Positions 8,321 to 18,936 are shown, counted from the first letter of the stretch. The stretch: DNA of 64,000 nt from Vulcanimicrobiota bacterium (GCA_963795855.1 CAWCIZ010000003.1:256001-320000); one strand, 5' to 3'. Notes: generated from the letters alone by a model not told the origin. Numbers and translations are program-made.

Positions 8321-10558
8321 GTGCCAGAGTCCGTCTCACTTGAGATCGGCGGGCGCACGATGACCATTGAAACCGGCGAACTCGCGAAGCAAGCGAACGG
8401 GTCCGCGCTGGTTCGTTATGGCGATCAAAACGTCGTGCTCTGCGCCGTCACCGCCTCCGAGAAACCTCGTGAAGGCATCGATTTCTTTCCCCTGACCTGC
8501 GATTTCGAAGAAAAAATGTACGCCGCCGGAAAAATTCCGGGCGGATACATCAAACGCGAAGGGCGTCCCCCCGAGCATGCCGTCCTCAGCTCGCGGCAGA
8601 TCGACCGTCCGATTCGTCCGCTCTTCCCCGACGGCTTCCGCAACGACGTTCAAGTCGTCGCGACCGTTCTCTCCATCGATCCCGAATTAGACGCCGACGT
8701 GCTCGGCGTCTGCGCGGCCGGCGCCGCGCTCGCCGTTTCAGACATTCCATTCGACAAAACCGTGGCCGCGGTTCGCGTCGGACGCGACGAGAACGGCAAC
8801 TACGTGTGCAATCCCACGCTCAAACAGTACGAGACCGGCGGGATGGACATCGTGATTGCCGGCACCGCCGATGCCGTCATGATGGTGGAAGGCGGCGGCA
8901 ACGAGATCAGCGAGGATGACTTCCTGGGCGCGGTCGAGTTTGCGCACGACAACATCAAGAACATCGTCGCATCGATAAACGAGCTCGCGAAAAAAGCCGG
9001 GAAGGCCAAGCGCGAGTATCCGGTTCAGCGCGTTAACGCCGACCTCGACAAGTGGGTGCGCAAGACGTTCCGAAAAGACGTCGCCAAAGCCATGCGCGTG
9101 GTCGACAAGCAGTCGCGCGAAGCGGAATTCGACAAACTCTCGATCGAAGAGGCGATCGCGCGCGCCGGAAACGACACGCAGATCAAAGCGCTGCTTGAAG
9201 ATCCGGCGCTTGCCAAAGATTTCGGCAAGATCGTCAAGAACATGGAAGAGGACGAACTGCGCGTCATGGTAGTGGACGAAAAGATTCGTCCCGATGGCCG
9301 CAAGCCCGACGAAATCCGTTCGATTTGGTGCAAGGTGCACTACGTGCCCCGCGTGCACGGTTCCGGGATATTCACGCGCGGCCAAACGCAAGTCTTCACC
9401 GCCGCGACGCTCGGATCGATCAGCGATGCGCAGCGTCTGGACGGCATCGTCGCACTCGAAAACAAACGCTACATGCACTTTTACAACTTCCCGCCGTTCT
9501 CCGTGGGCGAGACGCGGCCGATGCGCGGACCGGGCCGCCGCGAAATCGGTCACGGCCACCTTGCGGAACGCGCGCTCGTCCCGGTGCTTCCGCCGAAGGA
9601 AGAGTTTCCGTACACGCTTCGTCTGATGAGCGAAGTGCTCGAGTCGAACGGTTCCTCTTCAATGGCGTCGGTGTGCGGGAGCACGCTGGCGCTCATGGAC
9701 GCCGGCGTTCCGATCAAAGATCACGTCGCCGGCGTCGCGATGGGATTGATTCTCAAAGGCGACAAGTACGCGGTTCTGACGGACATTCAAGGTTTGGAAG
9801 ACGCGCTCGGCGAGATGGACTTCAAAGTTGCGGGCACCAAAAAGGGCATCACCGCGATTCAAATGGACATCAAGGTCCAGGGCGTCACGCTCGAGATCAT
9901 GCGTGAAGCGATGGTGGAAGCCAAGAAGTCGCGCTATTTCATCATCGACAAGCTCGCGGACACGATCGGTAAACCGCGCGAGGAACTTAGCAAGTTCGCG
10001 CCGCGGATGATCGTCGTGCAGATCAATCCCGACAAAATCAAAGACGTCATCGGGCCCGGCGGCAAGGTCATCAACAAGATCATCGAGGAAACCGGCGTTG
10101 ACAAAATCGACATCGAGGACGACGGCAAGGTGTTCATCACTGCGCTCGACGGCGAGTCCGCCGACAAGGCGCGCGCCATCGTCGAATCGATTACCAAGGA
10201 CGTCGTGGTCGGCGAGACTTACATGGGCGAGGTTACGCGCATCATCAACATCGGTGCGTTCGTGAAGATTCTGCCCGGCAAGGAAGGCTTGGTGCACATC
10301 AGCCAGCTCGCGCCGACGCGCGTCGAAAAGGTCGACGACGTCGTCAAAGTCGGCGATGAGATCATGGTAAAGGTCGTCGAGGTCGACAACCAAGGCCGCA
10401 TTAATCTCTCGCGCAAAGCCGTGCTTGCGGGGACGTCCGGCAACGGCGCCGGCGCATCCGAACATGGCGGCGAGCCCGCGCGCACCGGTGGTGGACAGCA
10501 CGGGGGCGGCGGCGAAGGCGGCCGGCGTCCGCGCAGGCCGCGGCGGCGCCTGGAGTAA
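8321..10558 (+). CDS. pnp: polyribonucleotide nucleotidyltransferase
   Basis: AKQANG, AAGKIPGG, RREIGHG, ESNGSSSMAS, KH (IGPGGK) and S1 domains; AGGAG RBS. Confidence 0.99.
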   Translation: MPESVSLEIGGRTMTIETGELAKQANGSALVRYGDQNVVLCAVTASEKPREGIDFFPLTCDFEEKMYAAGKIPGGYIKREGRPPEHAVLSSRQIDRPIRPLFPDGFRNDVQVVATVLSIDPELDADVLGVCAAGAALAVSDIPFDKTVAAVRVGRDENGNYVCNPTLKQYETGGMDIVIAGTADAVMMVEGGGNEISEDDFLGAVEFAHDNIKNIVASINELAKKAGKAKREYPVQRVNADLDKWVRKTFRKDVAKAMRVVDKQSREAEFDKLSIEEAIARAGNDTQIKALLEDPALAKDFGKIVKNMEEDELRVMVVDEKIRPDGRKPDEIRSIWCKVHYVPRVHGSGIFTRGQTQVFTAATLGSISDAQRLDGIVALENKRYMHFYNFPPFSVGETRPMRGPGRREIGHGHLAERALVPVLPPKEEFPYTLRLMSEVLESNGSSSMASVCGSTLALMDAGVPIKDHVAGVAMGLILKGDKYAVLTDIQGLEDALGEMDFKVAGTKKGITAIQMDIKVQGVTLEIMREAMVEAKKSRYFIIDKLADTIGKPREELSKFAPRMIVVQINPDKIKDVIGPGGKVINKIIEETGVDKIDIEDDGKVFITALDGESADKARAIVESITKDVVVGETYMGEVTRIINIGAFVKILPGKEGLVHISQLAPTRVEKVDDVVKVGDEIMVKVVEVDNQGRINLSRKAVLAGTSGNGAGASEHGGEPARTGGGQHGGGGEGGRRPRRPRRRLE

Positions 10559-10574
10559 GCGACGCAGTAAACCG

Positions 10575-10610
10575 CACGGGCCCGCAGAAATGCGGGCCTC
10601 GTGTTTGTTT
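10575..10610 (+). terminator. rho-independent terminator after pnp
   Basis: GGCCCGCA-GAAA-TGCGGGCC stem followed by GTGTTTGTTT; overlaps the next GTG start. Confidence 0.7.
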
Positions 10611-11452
10611 CGCAGCGGTCGGTTTTGGTTACCGGCGCATCGACCGGCATCGGCTATGCGTGCGTGCAGGCGATTTCCTATGCCGGCTTCATCACATTCG
10701 CCGGCGTGCGTACCGAGGCGGATGCCGAACGCGTTTCATCGCTGCACGCAAACGTGCGTCCGCTGCTGCTCGACGTCACGATACCGCAGCAGATTACCGC
10801 CGCCGCGAATGCGATACGCGTTTCCGGCGCGCCGCTTTGCGGTTTGGTGAACAACGCGGGCGTGGCGGTTGCGGGCCCGCTCGAGTATCTGCCGCTCGAA
10901 GATTTTCGCCGCCAATTCGAAATCAACGTCTTCGGCGCGCTCGCCGTTACGCAAGCGATGCTGCCGCTGCTTCGAGCGAGCGGTAACGCGCACGTCGTCT
11001 TCATGAGTTCCGTTTCGGGTCAGATCGCGCCGCCGTTCATCGGTCCCTATGCCTCGTCGAAGTTCGCGGTGGAAGCCATGGCCGACGCGCTGCGCATGGA
11101 GTTCTCGCCGTTCGGCATTCGCGTCAGCGTGGTGCAGCCCGGTAACGTCCGAACGCCAATCTGGCAAAAGGGACGCGACGCGAAAGACGATCTCGTGAGG
11201 CGAATGCCGCAGGACGCGGTAACGCATTACGGCGAGGCGGTCGATGCGCTCATGCGCGCCACGCAGCGCGAGGAACACTCCGGAATCGAGCCGGATCAGG
11301 TCGCGCGGGCGGTATTGCACGCGCTGACCGCGGCAAGGCCGAAAGCGCGCTACGCCGTCGGCAATCCGCCGGCATGGCAGCGCCGGTTGGCTTCGTTGCT
11401 GCCGGAACGCGCACGCGATCGGCTCATCTTACGCTCGATCAGGCGCGATTAG
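10601..11452 (+). CDS. SDR family oxidoreductase
   Basis: TGASTGIG, NNAG, YASSK. Confidence 0.93.
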   Translation: MFVSQRSVLVTGASTGIGYACVQAISYAGFITFAGVRTEADAERVSSLHANVRPLLLDVTIPQQITAAANAIRVSGAPLCGLVNNAGVAVAGPLEYLPLEDFRRQFEINVFGALAVTQAMLPLLRASGNAHVVFMSSVSGQIAPPFIGPYASSKFAVEAMADALRMEFSPFGIRVSVVQPGNVRTPIWQKGRDAKDDLVRRMPQDAVTHYGEAVDALMRATQREEHSGIEPDQVARAVLHALTAARPKARYAVGNPPAWQRRLASLLPERARDRLILRSIRRD

Positions 11453-11922
11453 GGTTTTTGATAGAACAGCAGCAGGGTTCCGTTGTTCACGTCCGCGCCG
11501 ACGACTTGCGTAAGACCGATTTTGTTGTCGGCGAGAAACTGAGCAACGGTAATGCGCTGATTCGAGCTGCTCGTGACCGTGATTCTGGCGAGCGCGTTGC
11601 GCAGACTCGCAAGTTGCGACTGATTACGCGTCATTGCCGTGTTCAAAGTGGATGGATCGGAGCCGCTCAATTGCGCGACGTCGACCGGCTTGATGGCGTT
11701 CGCGGAAGCGCCGTTCATCGATTGCACCTTGCGGATCTCTGCACGCATGTTGTTGAGCGAAGAAATGACCTGCGCGAAATTCGGTTCCGCGGCGTTCTGC
11801 GACCCGGTTATGCCCGTCGATGGCGGCGGGTTCGGCGCGGCGGAGGGTGGCGTTTGTGCCGATGCTATTGCGCTCGAGCCCAACACCGAGAGAGCAAACA
11901 GCACCGAAGCGAAGTTCTGCAT
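11449..11922 (-). CDS. secreted hypothetical protein
   Basis: AGGAGG RBS, signal peptide, Pro-rich linker. Confidence 0.8.
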   Translation of the reverse strand: MQNFASVLFALSVLGSSAIASAQTPPSAAPNPPPSTGITGSQNAAEPNFAQVISSLNNMRAEIRKVQSMNGASANAIKPVDVAQLSGSDPSTLNTAMTRNQSQLASLRNALARITVTSSSNQRITVAQFLADNKIGLTQVVGADVNNGTLLLFYQKP

Positions 11923-12003
11923 TCCGGACCTCCTAGAGTGCCGGATTCTTTGCCCTGCTCCGCGCCGGTTAAACGATTCCGCCGCTCGCCTACACCACTT
12001 GGC

Positions 12004-12291
12004 CTAATGCGGCGCAAAGCCGCGATACGGCTTGAGCGGCAGGACGGATTGCACCTCCGCCATGCCGCGCTCGATCATCGGCAGTTCGTGCAAAATCTGC
12101 TGCACGGCTTCGAGAGAATCGGCTTCGAGCAGCAGCACGCCGCCGAGCGCGTCGCCGCGGCTCCAAATGCTGCGAACGATGCCGCGAGTGTAGAGCGAAC
12201 GTACCGCTTGGGCCTCCGGTTCGAGCACGGTCGCGAACTCTTCTTCGGAAAACGTCTCGGTGCGGCGACGAACGATGGCGAGAAGTTGCAT
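12004..12291 (-). CDS. muconolactone delta-isomerase-like dimeric alpha/beta-barrel protein
   Basis: E..AVRSLY..GIVRSIW...LEADSLEAVQQILHELPM. Confidence 0.75.
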   Translation of the reverse strand: MQLLAIVRRRTETFSEEEFATVLEPEAQAVRSLYTRGIVRSIWSRGDALGGVLLLEADSLEAVQQILHELPMIERGMAEVQSVLPLKPYRGFAPH

Positions 12292-12292
12292 G

Positions 12293-12667
12293 CTACGGCT
12301 GCAGGTTCACCACTGCGTCAACCGCTACCCCGTATTCACGGTGTAACGTGCCGCCGGCGCGGCTGATTGCCGTAACCGGCACGAGCGTGTCGATTCTCCA
12401 GCCGTTCGGAGCGTTCGCGGACAGTTTGACGACAGCGCGCGTGGCGGCAACGCGCGATTGCGCGCCGATGATTTGCGCGTATCCTTCGGCCGTCCCACCG
12501 GCGCCGACGATAGGAACGACGCGCGACGCTTCGCGATTCGCGACGCCCGCTGCTCCGAGCAATGCGTTCACCGCTCCGTCGATTGGGCCGAGTATTTCGC
12601 TCTGTTGGGCTGCCGCCGTTCCGGCGACGAATGCCGCGACGACGGCGGCGAGCAGCACGACTTTCAT
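12293..12667 (-). CDS. secreted hypothetical protein
   Basis: MKVVLLAAVVAAFVAGTAAA signal peptide; stop abuts the next start. Confidence 0.7.
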   Translation of the reverse strand: MKVVLLAAVVAAFVAGTAAAQQSEILGPIDGAVNALLGAAGVANREASRVVPIVGAGGTAEGYAQIIGAQSRVAATRAVVKLSANAPNGWRIDTLVPVTAISRAGGTLHREYGVAVDAVVNLQP

Positions 12668-12717
12668 AGCGCTCGAATTCAGGATGACAATGCGAAACCC
12701 CGTCAAAACAGGCGGCG

Positions 12718-14227
12718 ATGGCCTATGATTCGCTGCGCGCGTTCGTCGACGCCCTCGAGCGTTCGGGCGAGCTGCACCGCATAGACGTTCCGGTCGATCC
12801 GCGCTTGGAAATCAGCGAAATCACCGACCGCGTCGTCAAAGCGGGCGGCCCGGCGCTGCTCTTCACGAACGTTCAACGCTCGCGGTTTCCGGTTCTCACC
12901 AATCAATTCGGGTCGCGGAAACGAATGACGATGGCGCTCGCAGCGAGCGATCTGGACGAGGCCGCCGATCGTATCCGTAAGCTGCTCGATTTTTCCATTC
13001 CCGCAAGCGCCGGCGAGCGCATCGGCAAATTGCTTTCGCTTGCGCCGCTCGCGGCGGCCCTACCGAAAACCGTCAGCGCGGGCAGTTGTCAGGACGTCGT
13101 GTTGGACGATCCCGATTTAACGCAGACTCCCGGTGCTGACGACGTGGCCGCTCGACGCCGGCCCGTTCATCACGCTTCCGCTCGTCATCACCAAGGATGC
13201 CCAGTCGGGGCGTTCCAACGTCGGCATGTACCGCATGCAAGTGTACAATGCGCGCGAAACCGGCATGCATTGGCAGCGGCACAAGCAGGGACGAGCGCAA
13301 GCGAAGACGTGGGGCGACCGCGTGCCCGTCGCCGTTGCGATCGGCACCGATCCCGTTCTCACGTACGCGGCAACCGCACCGCTCCCGCCGGTCGTCGACG
13401 AATTTGCATTCGCCGGACTGCTGCGCGGAAAACCCGTAAAACTCGTGCAATGCAAAACGGTCGACTTACGCGTTCCGGCCGATGCCGAATTCGTGCTCGA
13501 AGGATATGTCGACAACACGGATCTGCGCACGGAAGGGCCGTTCGGCGATCATACCGGCGTTTACAGTTTGGCGGATTCGTATCCCACGTTTCACGTGCAG
13601 TGCGTAACGCATCGGCGCGATCCGATCTATGCTGCCACCGTGGTCGGAAAGCCGCCGATGGAGGACGCATGGCTCGGCAAAGCTACCGAACGTCTTTTCC
13701 TGCCCCTGCTGCAAATGGTTTTGCCGGAAGTCGTGGACATGAATTTGCCGGTGGAAGGCGGCTTTCACAATCTGGCAATCGTTTCGATCAAAAAGTCGTA
13801 CCCCGGACACGCGAAAAAAGTAATGAACGCGCTATGGGGCCTCGGGCATATGATGATGCTCACGCGCGTCCTCGTCATCGTCGACGAGGATATCGACGTG
13901 CAGGACCCCCGCGCCGCAGCATGGTTCGTGCTCAATAATTTGGACGCGCAGCACGACCTGGTTTTGATGCCGGGTCCAGTCGACGATCTCGATCACGCAT
14001 CGCCCATGCCCGCGCTCGGCATGAAGATCGGCGTGGACGCGACGCGCAAAGATGCAGCGGAAGGGTACCGGCGGGAATGGCCGCCCGATATGGTTATGGA
14101 CGTCGAAACGCGCCTGCGCGTGAGCGAACGCTGGAAAGCGTACGGGCTCGATCGGATCGAACGCTCGCTCAAACCCGACGCCTGGTCCGGACAAGGTCCC
14201 GAGGCACTCAAGCGCTTATTGTCGTGA
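12718..14227 (+). CDS. UbiD-family decarboxylase (MqnL-like, menaquinone futalosine route); frameshift ~13125
   Basis: MAYDSLRAFV...GGPALLF in one frame; NVGMYR, EGPFGDHTGVY, GKPPMED in the next frame. Confidence 0.9.
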
Positions 14228-15093
14228 AGATGGTCGCGGGCACACGAATATTTCTCAAAGAAATTCGCATCGAGCACACGCTCTTTGCATTGCCGTTCGC
14301 GTACGCCGGAGCGGTATTCGCAGCGCGCGGCGTTCCTTCGGTGCACGCGCTCGCGTGGATCACGCTCGCCGTTCTCGGCGCGCGGACGGCGGCAATGGCG
14401 GCGAACCGCTACTTCGACCGCGACATCGACGCGCGCAATCCGCGCACTGCGCGGCGCGCGCTCGCGAGCGGAGAGATGCCGCCGGGAGCGATGTTGTGGG
14501 CGTGCGCGCTCGGTGCCGCGCTTCTCCTCGTGTCGGCGTGGGAATTGAATCCGCTCTGCGTGAAATTGCTGCCGATTGCGGCCGCCGGCGTTTTCTTGTA
14601 TCCGCTCTGCAAACGTTTTACGTGGCTGACGCATTTCGTGCTTGGAGCGGTGGACGCGCTCGCCCCGCTCGGCGCATTCATCGGCATTGCCGGAACCGTT
14701 ACCTGGTCCGCCGCGCTGCTGTTCTGCGCGGTGACCGTCTGGGTGGCAGGGTTCGACATCATCTACGCGCTGATGGATTTGCCGATCGACCGCGCGCAAG
14801 GGATTCGCTCGCTGCCGGCGCGCTTTGGAGAACGAAGCGCGAGGGTTCTTCCGATGCTGCTCCACGTTGCGATGATTGCACTGCTCGCCGGAGCGGGAGT
14901 TCTTGCTCGTGCGGCTTGGCCATACGGCCTCGGCCTGGCAGCCGCTATTGCGCTCGTCGCATATGAGGAGCGCTCGTTCGGCGCAGCGGAGAACGTGTAC
15001 GTCCTGAACGAGCGGATTTTTACATCGAATATGGCGTTCTCGGTCGTTTTTCTGCTAACGGTCGTCGCCGGATTCACGTTGGGACGAGTGTGA
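14224..15093 (+). CDS. UbiA-family prenyltransferase (MqnP-like)
   Basis: IEHTLFALPFAY, NRYFDRDIDARNPRT, GFDIIYALMD. Confidence 0.92.
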   Translation: MKMVAGTRIFLKEIRIEHTLFALPFAYAGAVFAARGVPSVHALAWITLAVLGARTAAMAANRYFDRDIDARNPRTARRALASGEMPPGAMLWACALGAALLLVSAWELNPLCVKLLPIAAAGVFLYPLCKRFTWLTHFVLGAVDALAPLGAFIGIAGTVTWSAALLFCAVTVWVAGFDIIYALMDLPIDRAQGIRSLPARFGERSARVLPMLLHVAMIALLAGAGVLARAAWPYGLGLAAAIALVAYEERSFGAAENVYVLNERIFTSNMAFSVVFLLTVVAGFTLGRV

Positions 15094-16256
15094 GCATGCA
15101 TCGCAAAGACTTTTTGCTGTCCGGCGCCGCGACGGTCGCCGCTGCGGCCGTGCCCCGAATCGCGCGAGCGCAGTTCAATTCCACGTTGCGTCAGCAAGTT
15201 ACAATCGCCGTAAACGCGCCGCTTTCCGGCGACGCGGGATCCGCCGGGCGGCAAATTGCAAACGGCGTGCAAGCGGCGGTGGATGAAGCCAATCAGTACG
15301 GCGGTTCGTATTCGACCGCCTATAGCATGCGTGCGTTCGACGATATGGATGCGCTCGCGCAGTCGATGGTCAACGTGCAATTCGCCGCCGGCGATCCGAC
15401 CGTGCTTGCCGTCATCGGCGGTCCGGACGGGTCGCTTATTTCCGCCGCGCTTTCAACCTACGCGAACCAGCAAATGCCGCTGCTCGTCCCGGGTTCCACC
15501 GCCGATGCTATTACTTCGCAAGGGTACCGCATGGTGTGGCGGCTCCCGACGAAAGATTCGCTCGAGGGACAGCTGCACGCGCTTTTCGTCGCAAAGCGGC
15601 TGCATCCGAAAACCGCCATCGGCGTGACGCAGGACGGTGATTACGGATTTCAAGCGGCCAACGCGTTCGCCGCACAAGCGAAGCGTTCGGGTATCGCCGC
15701 CGACGGATTTCAATTCCCGTACCAAAAGCCGGACTACGCGGCTGCCGCCAAGCGTATCGCGGACAAAAAACCGGACTACGTTCTGCTCTGCGGCACCACG
15801 GATGCGATGGGCCCGCTCGTGCCCGCGCTGCACGCTGCGGGATATACGGGCAAACTCGGGGCCACCGAAGGTTTTTACAACGAGGCGACCCTTTCCAAAT
15901 ATGCGGATGCCTTCGCCGGCGGCTTCATCTCGACGTCCTTCCCTCCGTTGGAACGCGCGCCCGACGTACTGAACGCACTGAGCGACTTCCGCTCGCGTTA
16001 CACCGTCACGTCGCTCTCCGCCTTTGCGTACGCCGCGGCGCAGATCGTGATCGCCGCGTCCAAGCGTACCGGAGCGACGAACCGGCTCGCGACCATGAGC
16101 GCGCTGCAGGCGCCGACGTCGTACAACACGATCGTCGGATCGTTCCAGTTTACGCCGACCGGAGATCCGGTCGATCCGAACCTCTATTTTTATACGATCG
16201 ACGACGGCAAGTTCAAATATGCCGCGCCGTACCACCCGACGAGTTTTGTGCTGTAA
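15090..16256 (+). CDS. branched-chain amino acid ABC substrate-binding protein (LivJ-like), Tat-like signal
   Basis: HRKDFLL signal; APLSG, DYG, G..F...GD motifs. Confidence 0.88.
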   Translation: MSMHRKDFLLSGAATVAAAAVPRIARAQFNSTLRQQVTIAVNAPLSGDAGSAGRQIANGVQAAVDEANQYGGSYSTAYSMRAFDDMDALAQSMVNVQFAAGDPTVLAVIGGPDGSLISAALSTYANQQMPLLVPGSTADAITSQGYRMVWRLPTKDSLEGQLHALFVAKRLHPKTAIGVTQDGDYGFQAANAFAAQAKRSGIAADGFQFPYQKPDYAAAAKRIADKKPDYVLLCGTTDAMGPLVPALHAAGYTGKLGATEGFYNEATLSKYADAFAGGFISTSFPPLERAPDVLNALSDFRSRYTVTSLSAFAYAAAQIVIAASKRTGATNRLATMSALQAPTSYNTIVGSFQFTPTGDPVDPNLYFYTIDDGKFKYAAPYHPTSFVL

Positions 16257-16382
16257 CGTGGTGCGGCGGTCGGTGAGCCGACGGGCTCGGCGCGACCGTT
16301 TCTTCGTCCTCGAGCATGAGCACGAATCGCAGTTTCCATGCGCCGAGCGCGATGCAGAATTTGGCTCCGAACAGTTCCATTT

Positions 16383-17417
16383 TCAAGCCTCCACGCGGCG
16401 CCACTGAGCAACCGCGAGCGCGACATACGCAACGCTGAGAGCGCACAGCACGCCGGCACAGCCGGCAATCGGCAGCAACGCGTTCGAGCGTCCTCCGCTG
16501 CTGTGCGAAAGGTAGGCGAGGGGATCGATATAAGAGAGCGCTCTGAAAATCGCATAGAACCATGCCGCGACGCCGTTGACCGCTGCCAAAGAGTGCAGCG
16601 CGTCCGCGATTCCAGGGACCAGCAGCGCGACAAGCCACCCCAATCCGACGACGATTCCCGGACCGCGCTTGAGCGAGGCGCTCGCCGCAGTGATGCAGGC
16701 GTACCACGCAATCGGCAGGGCCAGAGACAGGACGATCGTCCAACCCAAATCCGATCCGTAAGAAAAGCGCGGAACGAAGAACAGGAGAGTCGCAATCAGC
16801 ATTACGGCGAACGTGAGCAACTGCGAGAAGAGAATCGCAACGGCATCCACGACCGCGGCCGCGACGGCATAGTGCTCGCGCGAAACCGGTTTCGTCCACG
16901 CGACCTCCAAATGTCCGTCGTTATCTTTCGAAAGAGCGCCTCCGAGCAGCGATGCGACGATCAACCCCATGAGTATCGTGATGAAAAAGCAGATTCCCAG
17001 ATCGAACGCCGGGACCGAGGGATTGTAGTGAATGATCGTGCGGTCGAGGGGTCCGCGGGTGGTCTCATGGATCGAAACGCTGCCGAACGAAAAATCTTCA
17101 TGGCTTCCACTCGCGCTTTTGGGTTCGGTCACATCCATGTCGACGCGGCCGCTGGGCCGCTGGAAAATCTCCGCGTGCGTACGGCGCGGCGGATCGTTCA
17201 CGACAATATGCGTCGATCCGTCCGCGAGCGTCGTGCGCGTCACGTGCGCCGTAGGCGAGTGCTGAAGTTCGACGGGCCAGTTTTGGATCGACCCGTGATG
17301 ATGCGTCGCGGCGACGATCCGAACGATTATCGCGCACAACAGAAAGATGCCGAGCAGAATCGCAGCGATACGGACGGCGCGCTTTGCCCGCGCGTATTCG
17401 GCGAAGTAATACATCAT
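16383..17417 (-). CDS. ABC-2-type exporter permease with extracytoplasmic insert
   Basis: Multiple TM helices; G.L...WTKPVSR motif; follows the ABC ATPase. Confidence 0.82.
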   Translation of the reverse strand: MMYYFAEYARAKRAVRIAAILLGIFLLCAIIVRIVAATHHHGSIQNWPVELQHSPTAHVTRTTLADGSTHIVVNDPPRRTHAEIFQRPSGRVDMDVTEPKSASGSHEDFSFGSVSIHETTRGPLDRTIIHYNPSVPAFDLGICFFITILMGLIVASLLGGALSKDNDGHLEVAWTKPVSREHYAVAAAVVDAVAILFSQLLTFAVMLIATLLFFVPRFSYGSDLGWTIVLSLALPIAWYACITAASASLKRGPGIVVGLGWLVALLVPGIADALHSLAAVNGVAAWFYAIFRALSYIDPLAYLSHSSGGRSNALLPIAGCAGVLCALSVAYVALAVAQWRRVEA

Positions 17418-18325
17418 TTCGAAGGAACCCCGCTCTCCACGATGTCGGCCGTCTGGCCGGCATCAACCGCATTCAGGAAAATATCTTCCAAATTTAAATC
17501 CACGATGCGCACGCTTTGAGCGCCCATCGCGCTGAGCCGGCGCGCGAGATCGTCGCTGCCGCCGGTGACGGTGAGCCGGAAGATGCGCCCCGTCTTTTCC
17601 ACGCGCGTTACGCGCGCGTCGTTGGCCACGCCGTTGAGGGCTGCAGCATCCGATTCGAAGATCGCTTCGACGATTTTGGAATCGGCCTTCAGATCGTCGA
17701 CGGCGCCGGAGAGCGCGATGCTTCCGCTCTTCAGCACGGCGATGTGATCCGCCGCGCGCTCGACTTGACCAATCTGATGCGATGAAAGCACGATCGTCGC
17801 GCCCTGTGCCGACGCGTCGATCATGAGTTTCAAAACCGAACGCTGATTGATGGGATCCAGACCGCTCGTCGGTTCGTCGAGCACCATGATCTCCGGCTCG
17901 AGGGCGAAGGCCATCACGACCGCTAACGCGGTGCGCATCCCCTTCGACATGTCGCGCACGCGTTTGCGCGCGTCCAGCGAAAAGAGCTGCATCAATTCGT
18001 CAGCCCGTTTTGCGCTGTATCGTTTGAATGCGCGTTTCTGCATCTCGAGATGCTCCGCGGCGCTCATCCAATCGTACAACGCACTGCGTTCCGGCACGTA
18101 AGCCAGTTGTTCGAACATCGGCGGCGTAAGCGGTTTGCCGTCGAAGCGCACGTGGCCGGAGCTCGCGGCGGCAAGCCCGAGCATGCATTTGAACGTACTG
18201 GTTTTACCTGCGCCGTTGGGGCCGAGCAGGCCGAACACCGATCCGGTCGGGATTTCGATGCTCACATCGTCGACGGCGGTGAAAGTTCCGTACCGCTTGG
18301 TCAGACGCTCGATGGAAATGCTCAT
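17414..18325 (-). CDS. ABC transporter ATP-binding protein (YtrB-like)
   Basis: GPNGAGKT, MSKGM, LDEPTSGLD, SSH. Confidence 0.96.
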   Translation of the reverse strand: MSISIERLTKRYGTFTAVDDVSIEIPTGSVFGLLGPNGAGKTSTFKCMLGLAAASSGHVRFDGKPLTPPMFEQLAYVPERSALYDWMSAAEHLEMQKRAFKRYSAKRADELMQLFSLDARKRVRDMSKGMRTALAVVMAFALEPEIMVLDEPTSGLDPINQRSVLKLMIDASAQGATIVLSSHQIGQVERAADHIAVLKSGSIALSGAVDDLKADSKIVEAIFESDAAALNGVANDARVTRVEKTGRIFRLTVTGGSDDLARRLSAMGAQSVRIVDLNLEDIFLNAVDAGQTADIVESGVPSK

Positions 18326-18720
18326 TGTTCCTCCGGAAACCACCGCGCGAGCGCGGCCTCGAAGAGTACGCGGATGTTCGCGGCGTTCAAGCCGATCGAC
18401 TTCGCCTCGCGAACCGCTTGCAGCAACGAATCGGAGGCCACGTCGGAAGCCGCTGCGCGCGAATTCTCGACCGAACCATTGCCTCGCACGAACGAGCCCC
18501 GTCCGGGGGCCGTCTCGATGATGTCGTCGCGTTCCAGTTCGCGATAGGCGCGCGCGACCGTGTTCGGATTCACCGTGAGATCGAGCGCGAGCTGCTTGAC
18601 GGTGGGGAGCTGCTCGCCGGGGGCGAGGACTCCAAGGGCCACGGAGCGCTTGACTTGCTCGATGATCTGCAGGTAGATCGGAACGCCGCTGCGCGGGTCG
18701 ACCGTGAGAACGGCTGGCAT
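18322..18720 (-). CDS. GntR (YtrA subfamily) regulator
   Basis: PIYLQI...LPTVKQLA..LTVNPNTVARAY..LE..G.GSFV; short C-terminus. Confidence 0.95.
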   Translation of the reverse strand: MPAVLTVDPRSGVPIYLQIIEQVKRSVALGVLAPGEQLPTVKQLALDLTVNPNTVARAYRELERDDIIETAPGRGSFVRGNGSVENSRAAASDVASDSLLQAVREAKSIGLNAANIRVLFEAALARWFPEEQ

Positions 18721-18729
18721 GGCGCCGAG

Positions 18730-18846
18730 TTAAAGCTTCGGGCCCCAGCCGAGGAAAAGACCGCCGGACTGCTGCTCCAGCGGGAAGGCGGGACGGCGCG
18801 TTTCGCCTTCGATATTACGGACTTGACGGTTCAGACGGATGGTCAT
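18730..18846 (-). CDS. small peptide, GWGPK family copy 1 (38 aa)
   Basis: TAGGAG RBS; MTIRLNRQVRNIEGETRRPAFPLEQQSGGLFLGWGPKL*. Confidence 0.75.
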   Translation of the reverse strand: MTIRLNRQVRNIEGETRRPAFPLEQQSGGLFLGWGPKL

Positions 18847-18887
18847 CGCTTTGCTCCTAAATTCCGCACTAGTGTCAATCTGCTGTC

Positions 18888-18905
18888 GTACTAGTACACT
18901 AGTAC
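18888..18905. promoter_or_regulatory. YtrA-type operator palindrome
   Basis: Perfect GTACTAGT-AC-ACTAGTAC upstream of the peptide-gntR-ABC operon; extra CACTAGTG at 18867-18874. Confidence 0.75.
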
Positions 18906-18936
18906 AATAGCACATTATCGCAAGCCGTCAAGCCCC

